Origin: Candidatus Nanohaloarchaea archaeon
Lineage (GTDB): Archaea > Nanohalarchaeota > Nanosalinia > Nanosalinales > Nanosalinaceae
Reading direction: 5' to 3'
DNA length: 64,000 nucleotides
Assembly (NCBI GenBank): GCA_013343275.1
Contig: CP046106.1
Location: 672,001-736,000, forward strand
The translations under genes and the position numbers were made by a program. The notes beneath the pieces were generated by a model, which had not been told where the DNA came from, did not search any database, and was given only the letters and a program-made list of their open reading frames with translations. Positions 20,402 to 29,451 of the stretch are shown piece after piece; within the stretch, counting starts at the first letter, position 1, and each line of letters opens with the position of its first letter.

Positions 20402-21369
20402 TGGGAGAAAAAATGAATATTGTTGAGGCCGTTAATCAGGCGCTTCACGACGAAATGGACGAAGATGAAAATGTAATTGCATACGGAGAGGATGTAGGAG
20501 AGGACGGTGGAGTTTTCCGTGCGACCGAAGGCCTCCAGGACGAGTTCGGAGAGGATCGCTGTTTTTCGAGTCCTCTGGCCGAGTCAGGGATTGCCGGAAC
20601 TGCTATCGGGATGAGCCTGTACGGTTTCCGGCCGGTAGTTGAGATGCAGTTCTCCGGGTTCTCGTACCTGGCGTTCTACCAGATCAAAGAACACGCATCC
20701 AGGATGAGAATCAGATCCCGTGGCGACTACAACGTGCCGCTTACAGTTCGTGCACCGTACGGAGGAGGAATTTCAGCACTGGAACACCACCAGGAATCGC
20801 CAGAGACGTTCTTCGCCCATTCACAGGGCCTGCATGTTGTAATCCCAAGTACACCGCAGGACACCTACTCTCTGCTCCGTAAATCAATTCAGATGGATGA
20901 CCCTGTAGTCTTCCTTGAACCGAAGAAAATCTACAGAGCCTTCAAAGAGGAAGTCGATACAGAGAAAGAAGTAGATCTAGAACAAGCCCGTATAGTACAG
21001 GAAGGAGAGGACGTAACCCTGATTGCATGGGGCGCAATGGTTCCTGTAGCAGAGGACGCAGCCGAAGAGATCGATGCCGATGTCGAGATAATCGATCCCC
21101 GCACAATTTACCCCGCGGACTTCGATACGATATACGAATCAGTGGAGAAAACCGGGCGCGCAATGGTACTACACGAGGCCCCAAAGAGTGTCGGTTTTGG
21201 AGCAGAGATCGCTACACGCATACAGGAAAACGAAATCTTGAAGATGGAGGCTCCTGTAGAAAGAGTTACAGCACCAGATACTCCTTACCCACTTTACACT
21301 CTTGAAGACTTCTACATGCCGAACAAGGAAAGAGCTGTGAAAGGCCTTGAGAGAGTACTCAACTTCTAG
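20401..21369 (+). CDS. pdhB: Pyruvate dehydrogenase E1 beta
   Basis: GEDVG..GGVFRAT, PLAESGI, EMQF, EHH.ESPE, DPVVFLEPK. Confidence 0.95.
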   Translation: MGEKMNIVEAVNQALHDEMDEDENVIAYGEDVGEDGGVFRATEGLQDEFGEDRCFSSPLAESGIAGTAIGMSLYGFRPVVEMQFSGFSYLAFYQIKEHASRMRIRSRGDYNVPLTVRAPYGGGISALEHHQESPETFFAHSQGLHVVIPSTPQDTYSLLRKSIQMDDPVVFLEPKKIYRAFKEEVDTEKEVDLEQARIVQEGEDVTLIAWGAMVPVAEDAAEEIDADVEIIDPRTIYPADFDTIYESVEKTGRAMVLHEAPKSVGFGAEIATRIQENEILKMEAPVERVTAPDTPYPLYTLEDFYMPNKERAVKGLERVLNF

Positions 21370-21379
21370 GTGATTAAAA

Positions 21380-21442
21380 ATGAAAAATAAAATCAAGAAT
21401 CGAAAGCCGGTTTATCCGGCTTCACATGATCGAACTCTGTAG
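21380..21442 (+). CDS. Intercistronic mini-ORF MKNKIKNRKPVYPASHDRTL
   Basis: AGGTGA RBS overlaps the pdhB stop. Its TAG is immediately followed by the in-frame GTG of pdhC. Confidence 0.4.
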   Translation: MKNKIKNRKPVYPASHDRTL

Positions 21443-22900
21443 GTGAGTTCGATTAAATTCGAGTTCCCTGATACCGGCGAAGGAGTAACTGAAGGAAAGT
21501 TCCTGGAATGGAAGATAGATGTAGGTGACAAAGTAGAGGAAGATCAGGTAGTAGGAGAGGCCGAGACAGACAAGGCCGTAGTTGAAATTCCTGCACCTGC
21601 TGATGGAACAGTTAAAGAGCTTATGGCCTCGCCTGGCGACCGTGTAGAGGTCGGCGATGCAATCATGGAGCTTGATACCAGAGGAAGTAACGAAAGCTCC
21701 TCAGAAGAAAGTAATAACTCCCCGGAGGAACAGAGCGAGGCCAAGGAAACAGAAGAAAAAGACACCGAAAACGAAGAGTCAGAAGAACCAGAAGAGGACG
21801 AGAAGGCCTCCGATAACGAAAGTTCTGAAGGCGATATACTTGCACTGCCGAAGGTCAGAAAGCTGGCTGAGGAAAAAGGGGTAGAACTGGCCTCTATCAA
21901 GACAGGTGAGAGAATTACCGAAGAAGAGGTCTTGCAGGCAGCCAGCGGAGAAGGGAGCCAGGAAACAGAGGTGTCCGGAGAGACAGTTTCCGAAGCTGGT
22001 ACAGAGGAGGTAAATGCATCGCCGTCTGTCCGGCAGTTAGCCCGCGAAAAAGAGGTTGATATACAGTCAGTTGAAGGTAGCGGTCGCGGAGGTAAAGTTA
22101 CCCGGCAGGACGTGCTGGATGCTACAGAAACAGAAGAAACATCTGAAGAAGAGGCCTCTACGAGAGAAGAACCGCCTACCGGTCAGAGCAGTGGAGAAGA
22201 TTACTCTGGAGAGGTAGAGCGTGTGGAGATGTCTGGCATAAGGAAAAGTATTGCCAGCAAGATGGAGAAGTCGCGTTTCACAGCACCGCACGTCACCCAT
22301 GTAGAGAAAGCAGATATAACGGAGCTAGCCGAGTTAAGAGACAAAGTCAAGAACGAAGTCGATGCACACCTCACATACCTTCCTTTCGTGATGAAGGCCT
22401 GTACCAAGGCCCTTCAGGACTATCCATCGCTGAACTCGGAACTGGACGAAGAAAATGATACAGTTGTACAGAAAAAGTACTACGATTTCAATATCGCTGT
22501 TGATACCGATGATGGCCTTCTAGTGCCGCGTATTGATTCTGTTAAGGAGAATAACATGGTTGAACTTGCGCAGGATATTGTTGAGAAGGCAGAGGCCGCT
22601 CGTGCCGGGGAGCTGAGCCAGGAAGAGATGAAGCCCGGCACCTTCTCAATCACAAACCTCGGTGTTATCGGCGGAGAGGAGTTCACACCAATTATTAACT
22701 ATCCTCAGGTAGCTATACTGGGGATCGGGAAGATTGGAGAGACTGCAGAAGTGGTTGATGGCGAGGTAAAGCCAAGGACTACTGTCAAGCTGTCATTAAG
22801 CTATGACCACAGAGTTGTCGACGGAGCAACCGCTGCCAAGTTCATGAACGATGTAGTGGAAAATCTGGAGAAGCCTGAAGAGTTGATGGTGAATCTGTAA
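21443..22900 (+). CDS. pdhC: Dihydrolipoamide acetyltransferase E2
   Basis: Lipoyl ETDKA, two E1/E3-binding-like repeats, catalytic DHRVVDG. Confidence 0.95.
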   Translation: MSSIKFEFPDTGEGVTEGKFLEWKIDVGDKVEEDQVVGEAETDKAVVEIPAPADGTVKELMASPGDRVEVGDAIMELDTRGSNESSSEESNNSPEEQSEAKETEEKDTENEESEEPEEDEKASDNESSEGDILALPKVRKLAEEKGVELASIKTGERITEEEVLQAASGEGSQETEVSGETVSEAGTEEVNASPSVRQLAREKEVDIQSVEGSGRGGKVTRQDVLDATETEETSEEEASTREEPPTGQSSGEDYSGEVERVEMSGIRKSIASKMEKSRFTAPHVTHVEKADITELAELRDKVKNEVDAHLTYLPFVMKACTKALQDYPSLNSELDEENDTVVQKKYYDFNIAVDTDDGLLVPRIDSVKENNMVELAQDIVEKAEAARAGELSQEEMKPGTFSITNLGVIGGEEFTPIINYPQVAILGIGKIGETAEVVDGEVKPRTTVKLSLSYDHRVVDGATAAKFMNDVVENLEKPEELMVNL

Positions 22901-22901
22901 A

Positions 22902-24311
22902 ATGGTCGTAGGAGATATAGCAACAGGAACAGATCTTGTAGTTATAGGAGCAGGGCCTGGAGGGTATTCGGCAGCAATAAGAGCCGCACAGGAAGGCCTC
23001 GACGTCATGCTTGTGGATAAGGAGAAGATTGGGGGAACATGTTTGAACCGGGGATGTATTCCTGCAAAGGCCTTTATCCATGCCTCGAAGTTCCACGAGG
23101 ATATCCAGCACTGGAACGAGATAGGTATCAAGGCAGAATGCGAACACATCAAGTTCGAGGATATCGCAGAATGGAAGGATGAAATAGTGGAGAAGCTGGA
23201 CAGAGGTGTTGAGCAAATCCTTGATCACGAAAACGTGGAGTACAAGCAGGGGGAGGCCAAGTTCATTGATTCTAACACTGTCAGAATTGAGGAAGAGCAC
23301 CGTACCGACAAGATAGAGTTCGATAACGCAATAATTGCAACCGGCAGCTCCCCGATAGAGATTCCGGGCCTCGAGTTCGATAAAGACAAGGTGATCTCCT
23401 CCCGCGAACTCCTGAACCTGAAAGAAGTACCTGATGAGATAGTAGTCGTTGGCGGAGGATACATTGGTATGGAGGCCGTAACCAAGTTCTGCAAGTTCGG
23501 CGCCACTGTCAAAGTCGTTGAGGCCCGGGATAGAGTCCTGGCGAACTTCGATGAGGAAATAGTCAACCATCTCCAGGAAGTTACAGACGAGTACAGCGAC
23601 GAAATCTATACCTCTGCAGAGGCACAGGAAGTGAGATATGAAGACGACAAGGCCGTACTGGTGGCAGAACAGGATGGAGAACAGCTAGAGATTGAGGGAG
23701 ACTACATACTGGTGGCCGCAGGCAGAACAGCAGAACCAAACCTCGAAAGCCTTGAACTTGACAAAACAGATGTCGAAGTTGAAGAAGGATTTATACAGGC
23801 CGACAAACAGATGAAGACCGGTGACAGCAATATTTTCGCAGTAGGAGATGCTGTAGGACAGCCGATGCTCGCACACAAGGCCTACAGAGAAGGTAAAGTT
23901 GCTGCAGAAGTAGCTGCAGGCAAGAAATCTGCCTTCGACAACCAGTACATACCAAAGGCCATGTACACCGACCCAGAAGTCGCAACAGTAGGCCTTACAC
24001 CTGAAGAGGCCGAAGAAAAATACGGCGAAGTGACGACCGGAAAATTTCCATTCACAGCATCCGGTAGGGCATTGACCACGACAAAGACTGACGGCTTTGT
24101 ACGTGTAGTTGCGAGAGAAGACGGAAAGATGGCGGGAGTGCAGATAGTAGGTGCGCGGGCGTCCGACATGATCGCAGAAGCTACGCTGGCCCTAGAAATG
24201 CAGGCCTATTTAAGCGACGTAGCAAATACAATACATGCACACCCCACCTTCCCTGAAGCATTGGGAGAGGCCTGTGAGGATGCACTGGATAAATCAATAC
24301 ACAAAGCCTGA
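22902..24311 (+). CDS. lpdA: Dihydrolipoamide dehydrogenase E3
   Basis: GAGPGG, GGTCLNRGCIP, GGGYIG, HAHPTFPE. Confidence 0.96.
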   Translation: MVVGDIATGTDLVVIGAGPGGYSAAIRAAQEGLDVMLVDKEKIGGTCLNRGCIPAKAFIHASKFHEDIQHWNEIGIKAECEHIKFEDIAEWKDEIVEKLDRGVEQILDHENVEYKQGEAKFIDSNTVRIEEEHRTDKIEFDNAIIATGSSPIEIPGLEFDKDKVISSRELLNLKEVPDEIVVVGGGYIGMEAVTKFCKFGATVKVVEARDRVLANFDEEIVNHLQEVTDEYSDEIYTSAEAQEVRYEDDKAVLVAEQDGEQLEIEGDYILVAAGRTAEPNLESLELDKTDVEVEEGFIQADKQMKTGDSNIFAVGDAVGQPMLAHKAYREGKVAAEVAAGKKSAFDNQYIPKAMYTDPEVATVGLTPEEAEEKYGEVTTGKFPFTASGRALTTTKTDGFVRVVAREDGKMAGVQIVGARASDMIAEATLALEMQAYLSDVANTIHAHPTFPEALGEACEDALDKSIHKA

Positions 24312-24331
24312 AAAATTACTGAAGAATATTT

Positions 24332-27019
24332 ATGACGAACTGGCACAGCAAAAAACTGGATGAAGTTGTACAGAAGCTCGATACCAGCACAGAGGAAGGC
24401 CTTGCTTCTGAAGAAGCAGAAAAAAGGCTTGAAGAGGAAGGAGCTAACGAGATCGAGAAGGGGGAGGAAGTTCATCCTCTTGAAATATTTCTGGGCCAGT
24501 TCAAGGACTTCCTGATCTACCTGCTTTTCTTCGCAGCCATAGTATCTATTGCAATAGGTTTCTTCCCAGGCCACGAGCCCGAATATGTAAATGCTGCGCT
24601 CATACTGATTATTGTTTTCCTGACCGGGATCTTCGGGTTCTTCCAGGATTACAAGGCCGAGAAATCTATAGAGGCCTTGAAGGAGCTTTCGAAGCCCGAT
24701 ATTACTGTTTTGAGAGATGGAAAGAAGATCGAGGTAAGTTCCTCAGACATTGTTCCCGGCGATGTAATAATACTGAATCAGGGCGACTCTATACCTGCGG
24801 ACGCACGTCTGGTTGAGTCAGAGAGTCTTTACACAGATGAGTCGGCGTTGACCGGTGAGAGCGAGAACGTCTCCAAGTCACCTGGAGAAGTTGAAGAGGA
24901 TTCAACGGTAGCTGAGCGCTCCAACATGGTTTTCAAGAATACTTCTGTTGTCAAAGGTCGTGGAAAAGCCGTGGTTGTCGAGACAGGAATGAATACAGAG
25001 GTAGGAGATATTGCAGAGCAGCTGCAGGGATCAGAAGATGAGAAAACAGATTTCCAGAAGGAAGTCGACGAGATGGGGCGGAAGATAGGTTACGGAATTG
25101 TCGCGGTAATACTGATGGTGGCCGTAGTCGAGTTCTCATTTACTTCCGCCTCTATTGTCACTATATTCCTCATGGCTGTAAGCCTGGCCGTTGCAGCAGT
25201 GCCAGTAAGTTTACCAGCTGTAGTTACTCTTACACTAGCCCTAGGCTCACGTAAAATGCTGGAAAAAGATGCCCTGGTGCGCAGACTATCAGTTGTAGAA
25301 AGTCTAGGCTCTATAGATACTATTGTAACCGACAAAACCGGTACTCTGACCGAAGACCTGATGACTGTGGAAAAACTCTACTTCGGCAGCGAAGAGTTCG
25401 AAGTCACCGGTAGCGGAACAAGTATAGACGGCGAGTTCCACAAAGACGGTCACGGCACAGATGTAGACTACCTAACCCCTCTACTCAGGTGCGGCCTGGT
25501 ATGCAACAACGCAGAGAAAGCACCTGAAGAAGAGGAGAAAGACTACTATGGAGAACCGACTGAGATAGCACTACTCGTATCAGGACTGAAAGCAGGCCTG
25601 AACCCTGATGTAGAGAGGGAAAGAGAGATTCCTTTCTCATCTGATAGGAAGAGGATGACAGTAGTAACCGGCGAAAACGAGGCCTACATGAAGGGGGCTC
25701 CGGAAACTGTCCTGGAGAGATGCGACAGGTTCTGGGACGGAGAGAAAGAAGTCGAGATGACTGACGATTTAAGACAGGAGATAAAGGATAAGAACAATGA
25801 AATGGCCTCCAGCGCTTTGAGAGTTCTCGGATTCGCAAAGAAAGATGTCCAAGATGTAGACGCGGACAGCGAAGAAGTGGAATCCAACATGGTCTTCCTC
25901 GGCCTTCAGGGTATGATCGATCCTCCACGGCAGGAAGTTGGAGAGGCCGTTCAGGACTGTAGAGAGGCAGGCATCCATGTTACCATGGCTACCGGTGATC
26001 GCGCGGAGACTGCACAGGCTATCGGAGAAGAGATAGGATTTAACGCAGACAGAGTGGTAACAGGTCAGGAGATAGAGGAGATGAGCGATGAGGAACTCCA
26101 GGAAGAAGTGAAGGAGACCGAGATATTCGCACGGGTTGAACCCCGACACAAGGTAATGATACTCGAAGCGCTAGAAGATAATGGCCGGAAAGTCGCAATG
26201 ACCGGAGATGGAGTAAATGACGCACCGGCACTGAAGAAATCCTCTGTAGGAATCGCAATGGGTAAGAGAGGAACCGATGTCGCCAAGCAATCATCCGACA
26301 TGGTTTTACAGGACGACAACTTTGTAACTATACGAGATGCTATCGCAGAGGGTCGCGGAATATTCGATAACATCAGAAAGTTCGTGAACTACCTGCTCTC
26401 AGCTAACGCAGGAGAAGTGCTGACAGTTTTCTTTGGAATACTGCTAGGAGCAATGTTCTTCCCTTCACTATTCCAGAACACCACCGAGGCCGTTATAATG
26501 ACACCTATCATGCTTATATGGTTCAACTTTGTTACTGATGGCCTTCCAGCTCTTGCTATAGGCTCTGACGATAAGTCAGAAGGTATAATGAACCGAAAGC
26601 CTAGAGGTACTGATGAACCAGTTATCAACAAAAGAATGGTAGCCTCTATGGTAGGGATAGGTATAATCATGGCAGCCACAGGCCTTACACTGTTCTTCTC
26701 CAGAATTGAGGCCGGATACAGCCTGGCAGGAGCGCAGACTATGCTCTTCACATTCTTCGTAATGATCGAGCTTGTGAGAATTCAGACTATCAGACAGCGC
26801 TACGAGCAGTCCTTCCTCTCCAACAGATGGCTGGTTGCTGCTATCGGATCATCTATCCTGCTACAGCTGATGGTAATCTACACTCCTCTGCACAAGTACT
26901 TCGAAGTTACACCGCTCGGAGTTCCTGAGTGGGCTGCAATTGGCGGAGCAGTTACCGCCTTCGTAGTCTTCACCCTAGGCATGATCAATCTGTACGACCG
27001 GGTCTTCCCCGAAGAGTAA
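24332..27019 (+). CDS. P2A-type (Ca2+-like) P-type ATPase
   Basis: TGES, DKTGTLT, KGAPE, DPPR, TGDGVNDAPAL, TDGLPA. Confidence 0.95.
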   Translation: MTNWHSKKLDEVVQKLDTSTEEGLASEEAEKRLEEEGANEIEKGEEVHPLEIFLGQFKDFLIYLLFFAAIVSIAIGFFPGHEPEYVNAALILIIVFLTGIFGFFQDYKAEKSIEALKELSKPDITVLRDGKKIEVSSSDIVPGDVIILNQGDSIPADARLVESESLYTDESALTGESENVSKSPGEVEEDSTVAERSNMVFKNTSVVKGRGKAVVVETGMNTEVGDIAEQLQGSEDEKTDFQKEVDEMGRKIGYGIVAVILMVAVVEFSFTSASIVTIFLMAVSLAVAAVPVSLPAVVTLTLALGSRKMLEKDALVRRLSVVESLGSIDTIVTDKTGTLTEDLMTVEKLYFGSEEFEVTGSGTSIDGEFHKDGHGTDVDYLTPLLRCGLVCNNAEKAPEEEEKDYYGEPTEIALLVSGLKAGLNPDVEREREIPFSSDRKRMTVVTGENEAYMKGAPETVLERCDRFWDGEKEVEMTDDLRQEIKDKNNEMASSALRVLGFAKKDVQDVDADSEEVESNMVFLGLQGMIDPPRQEVGEAVQDCREAGIHVTMATGDRAETAQAIGEEIGFNADRVVTGQEIEEMSDEELQEEVKETEIFARVEPRHKVMILEALEDNGRKVAMTGDGVNDAPALKKSSVGIAMGKRGTDVAKQSSDMVLQDDNFVTIRDAIAEGRGIFDNIRKFVNYLLSANAGEVLTVFFGILLGAMFFPSLFQNTTEAVIMTPIMLIWFNFVTDGLPALAIGSDDKSEGIMNRKPRGTDEPVINKRMVASMVGIGIIMAATGLTLFFSRIEAGYSLAGAQTMLFTFFVMIELVRIQTIRQRYEQSFLSNRWLVAAIGSSILLQLMVIYTPLHKYFEVTPLGVPEWAAIGGAVTAFVVFTLGMINLYDRVFPEE

Positions 27020-27073
27020 CATAGATCCACTTCTTTAGTAGGGTTTAAAACCGAGCGTTTCAAAGCTACAGTT

Positions 27074-27241
27074 ATGTCTCTGCTAGGAAGTTCAGAGGAA
27101 GAATGTTATGTCTGTGGCAAGGAATTAGGAGATGACGCCATAGAGGAAGACGGGAAGAAGTTCTGTTGTGAGGACTGCAAACAGCAGTACGAGGACGAGG
27201 AAAAATCCGATGATAAAGAAGAAATCTGTCAGTTCTGCTGA
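27074..27241 (+). CDS. 55-aa TRASH-like Cys-rich metal-binding protein
   Basis: MSLLGSSEEECYVCGKELGDDAIEEDGKKFCCEDCKQQYEDEEKSDDKEEICQFC; below the ORF-track cutoff. Confidence 0.8.
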   Translation: MSLLGSSEEECYVCGKELGDDAIEEDGKKFCCEDCKQQYEDEEKSDDKEEICQFC

Positions 27242-27244
27242 AAG

Positions 27245-28135
27245 ATGAACGTCCTCAGGAGAACACTTTACTCATTCCCGGTAGCTTTTGTCCTTACAGC
27301 AGCAGCTATAAAGTATTATCCGGAAACCAGCTTCACAGCATACTCTACCAAACTTATAGGCCTTGGTTTTATCGCCACACTGGCCCTCGGATCGATAGCT
27401 TTCTACAGAGAAGACGATTTGACTATGCACGACAAGAACGTGCTGATGAATGCTTTTCTTGTAGCAATACTTGTTCCAAGCCTCTATACAGCGGGAGCGT
27501 TCCTGCATGAAAGCCAGACATCCTGGAGTGGCGGAGAGATCCATTATCACGCAGACTACGAGGTAATAGTCAATACCAGCGGGAACCTACATACTCTTGA
27601 CCTTGTAGATCCTACAAACTACTGCAGTAGCGCAACCACACAGTCAACTCTTATGTGCAAGCTGAACGACAGAACAGGAATTACAAAGTACCACGAGCAC
27701 AACGATAACCGTATACACCTGGAAGGGATATTCAAAGAAAGAGAGGATGCTACACTGGCCGCTTACTTCGAAACATTCCACGGAGAGCTCTCAAACACAC
27801 GAATGGTATATCCAACCAACAACAGAACGGTAGAAGTAACTGAGAACGCAGATAAGAACCTGAAAATAATAGTAAACAGAGGAACAGGCGGGAGCAGGCA
27901 CTGGTGTATAGTAGGAGATCAGGCCTCCAAAGAAAACACCTGTGTAAATCCTTACACCGGAGAACTTGCAACATCTCCTTCAGAATACATAATTTCACCG
28001 CACAAGAAAGGGCCTAGCCTGGACGATATATTCATTATCTACGATTCCAGTACCTCTGAACAGGCACTGGAAGACCTCCAGGAAGATGGAAAATACCAGA
28101 GTATAGGCCTGAGCAAGGAGGGTGAAGGTTTCTAA
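27245..28135 (+). CDS. Membrane protein with extracellular His-motif domain
   Basis: Three N-terminal TMs; HYHAD, HEH..RIHLEG, ATL..YF; several Cys. Confidence 0.75.
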   Translation: MNVLRRTLYSFPVAFVLTAAAIKYYPETSFTAYSTKLIGLGFIATLALGSIAFYREDDLTMHDKNVLMNAFLVAILVPSLYTAGAFLHESQTSWSGGEIHYHADYEVIVNTSGNLHTLDLVDPTNYCSSATTQSTLMCKLNDRTGITKYHEHNDNRIHLEGIFKEREDATLAAYFETFHGELSNTRMVYPTNNRTVEVTENADKNLKIIVNRGTGGSRHWCIVGDQASKENTCVNPYTGELATSPSEYIISPHKKGPSLDDIFIIYDSSTSEQALEDLQEDGKYQSIGLSKEGEGF

Positions 28136-28899
28136 TGGTAACGGCAACACTTCCAACGCTGGGCGCAGTAATAGTTACTGCAGCAGTAGACTCGATAAAC
28201 CCATGTGCTATTGGAGTAGCTCTTCTACTTGTAGCCACTCTCGTCAAACAGGACAGGAGAAGCGAAATACTGAAAGTTGGCGCTATCTACATAACATTTG
28301 TATACCTGACATACCTGTTCGCAGGTCTCGGCATACTTTTCGGGCTAACCAGCGTTTCAACACAGGTAGCTAACTATATAACCGTGTTTGTATCGCTGAT
28401 AGTTATCACGGGAGGCATACTGGAGATTAAGGACTTCTTCTGGTACGGAGAAGGCAGCTCGCTAATGATACCAGAGCAGTACTCGGAGAAGATCGCCGAC
28501 AAGATGGAGAACATCACTACCCCAGCAGCAATCCTCCTGGGAATCTTTGTTGCCGCAGTAGAGCTTCCCTGCACAGGAGGCCCTTACCTCGCGATCCTGA
28601 CAGTTATCCATCAGACAATCGTGGCGCCTGCAACGGCCTCGACAGCAATGATGATCAATATCTTCGGATTCCACGTTCCACTGATTGCACTGGGATTGAT
28701 GGCGCTGTACAACCTGATCTTCGTAATGCCGTTAATCGTAATAGTGGTAATGTCCTACCTCGGAAGCTACAAGGTCAGCGAGATGAAAGAATGGAAACAC
28801 ATGAACAAAGCACGGATGAGAATGGCAGCAGGCCTTCTCATGGTATTCCTAGGCTGGATCCTGCTGCTTCTGGCAACAGGAACGGTCAGATTCGGATAA
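28135..28899 (+). CDS. CcdA/DsbD transmembrane-domain-like protein
   Basis: DSINPCA and ELPCTG cysteine pair; multiple TMs. Confidence 0.85.
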   Translation: MVTATLPTLGAVIVTAAVDSINPCAIGVALLLVATLVKQDRRSEILKVGAIYITFVYLTYLFAGLGILFGLTSVSTQVANYITVFVSLIVITGGILEIKDFFWYGEGSSLMIPEQYSEKIADKMENITTPAAILLGIFVAAVELPCTGGPYLAILTVIHQTIVAPATASTAMMINIFGFHVPLIALGLMALYNLIFVMPLIVIVVMSYLGSYKVSEMKEWKHMNKARMRMAAGLLMVFLGWILLLLATGTVRFG

Positions 28900-28912
28900 G
28901 AGGCTGATAAAA

Positions 28913-29188
28913 ATGATCAAAGTCGCAAAAAGAGACGGAACGAAAGAAGAACTGGATGAAGGCAAGCTGTGGAACTCCCTGTACAATCCGGCGAAGGAGA
29001 ACCACTACCAGAAAGAAGAAGCCGTTGAACTGGCGGACGAGGCCAAGGAAAGACTGATGACGTGGATTACCGAGCATGAGGATAATGTAGTTACCACGAA
29101 AGAGTTAGCGGAGAAGGTAGAGGAAGTGCTGGCTAAGCTCGATGAAGACGTGGCCCTTATGTACGATAAACACCTGGATATCAACTAG
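28913..29188 (+). CDS. Stand-alone ATP-cone protein
   Basis: VAKRDGTKEELDEGKL...VTTKEL...VE..L. Confidence 0.85.
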   Translation: MIKVAKRDGTKEELDEGKLWNSLYNPAKENHYQKEEAVELADEAKERLMTWITEHEDNVVTTKELAEKVEEVLAKLDEDVALMYDKHLDIN

Positions 29189-29190
29189 CC

Positions 29191-29403
29191 TTAATTTTTC
29201 AATCTGTAATGTTTCTTTACACTGAGATAGATTCCTGCCACTGATATTGCTGCGCCTGTAGCAACAGCGGAAAGAATCCATGTATCAGCTGACACTCCGC
29301 TTAAAATACCGGAGGAGTGGCTTTCATGGGCGGAGTGTGCTGCAGCCGTCCCCGCCAGGTATAGACTGGAGAGGCCTGCGGAAAAGTTCTTCCTGTAGTT
29401 CAT
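29191..29403 (-). CDS. Small membrane protein with His-rich N-terminus
   Basis: Signal-like segment, AHSAHESH, C-terminal TM. Confidence 0.6.
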   Translation of the reverse strand: MNYRKNFSAGLSSLYLAGTAAAHSAHESHSSGILSGVSADTWILSAVATGAAISVAGIYLSVKKHYRLKN

Positions 29404-29451
29404 AGGTCTTCTATAGTAAGTTTCTTTACAGTAGTTAAAAAATCAGGTGAG

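Noticed and set aside
21380-21445. Pyrrolysine or readthrough at the TAG before pdhC
   Set aside because: The upstream peptide has no lipoyl-domain similarity and no pyl genes are visible; a GTG start or coupling explains it more simply
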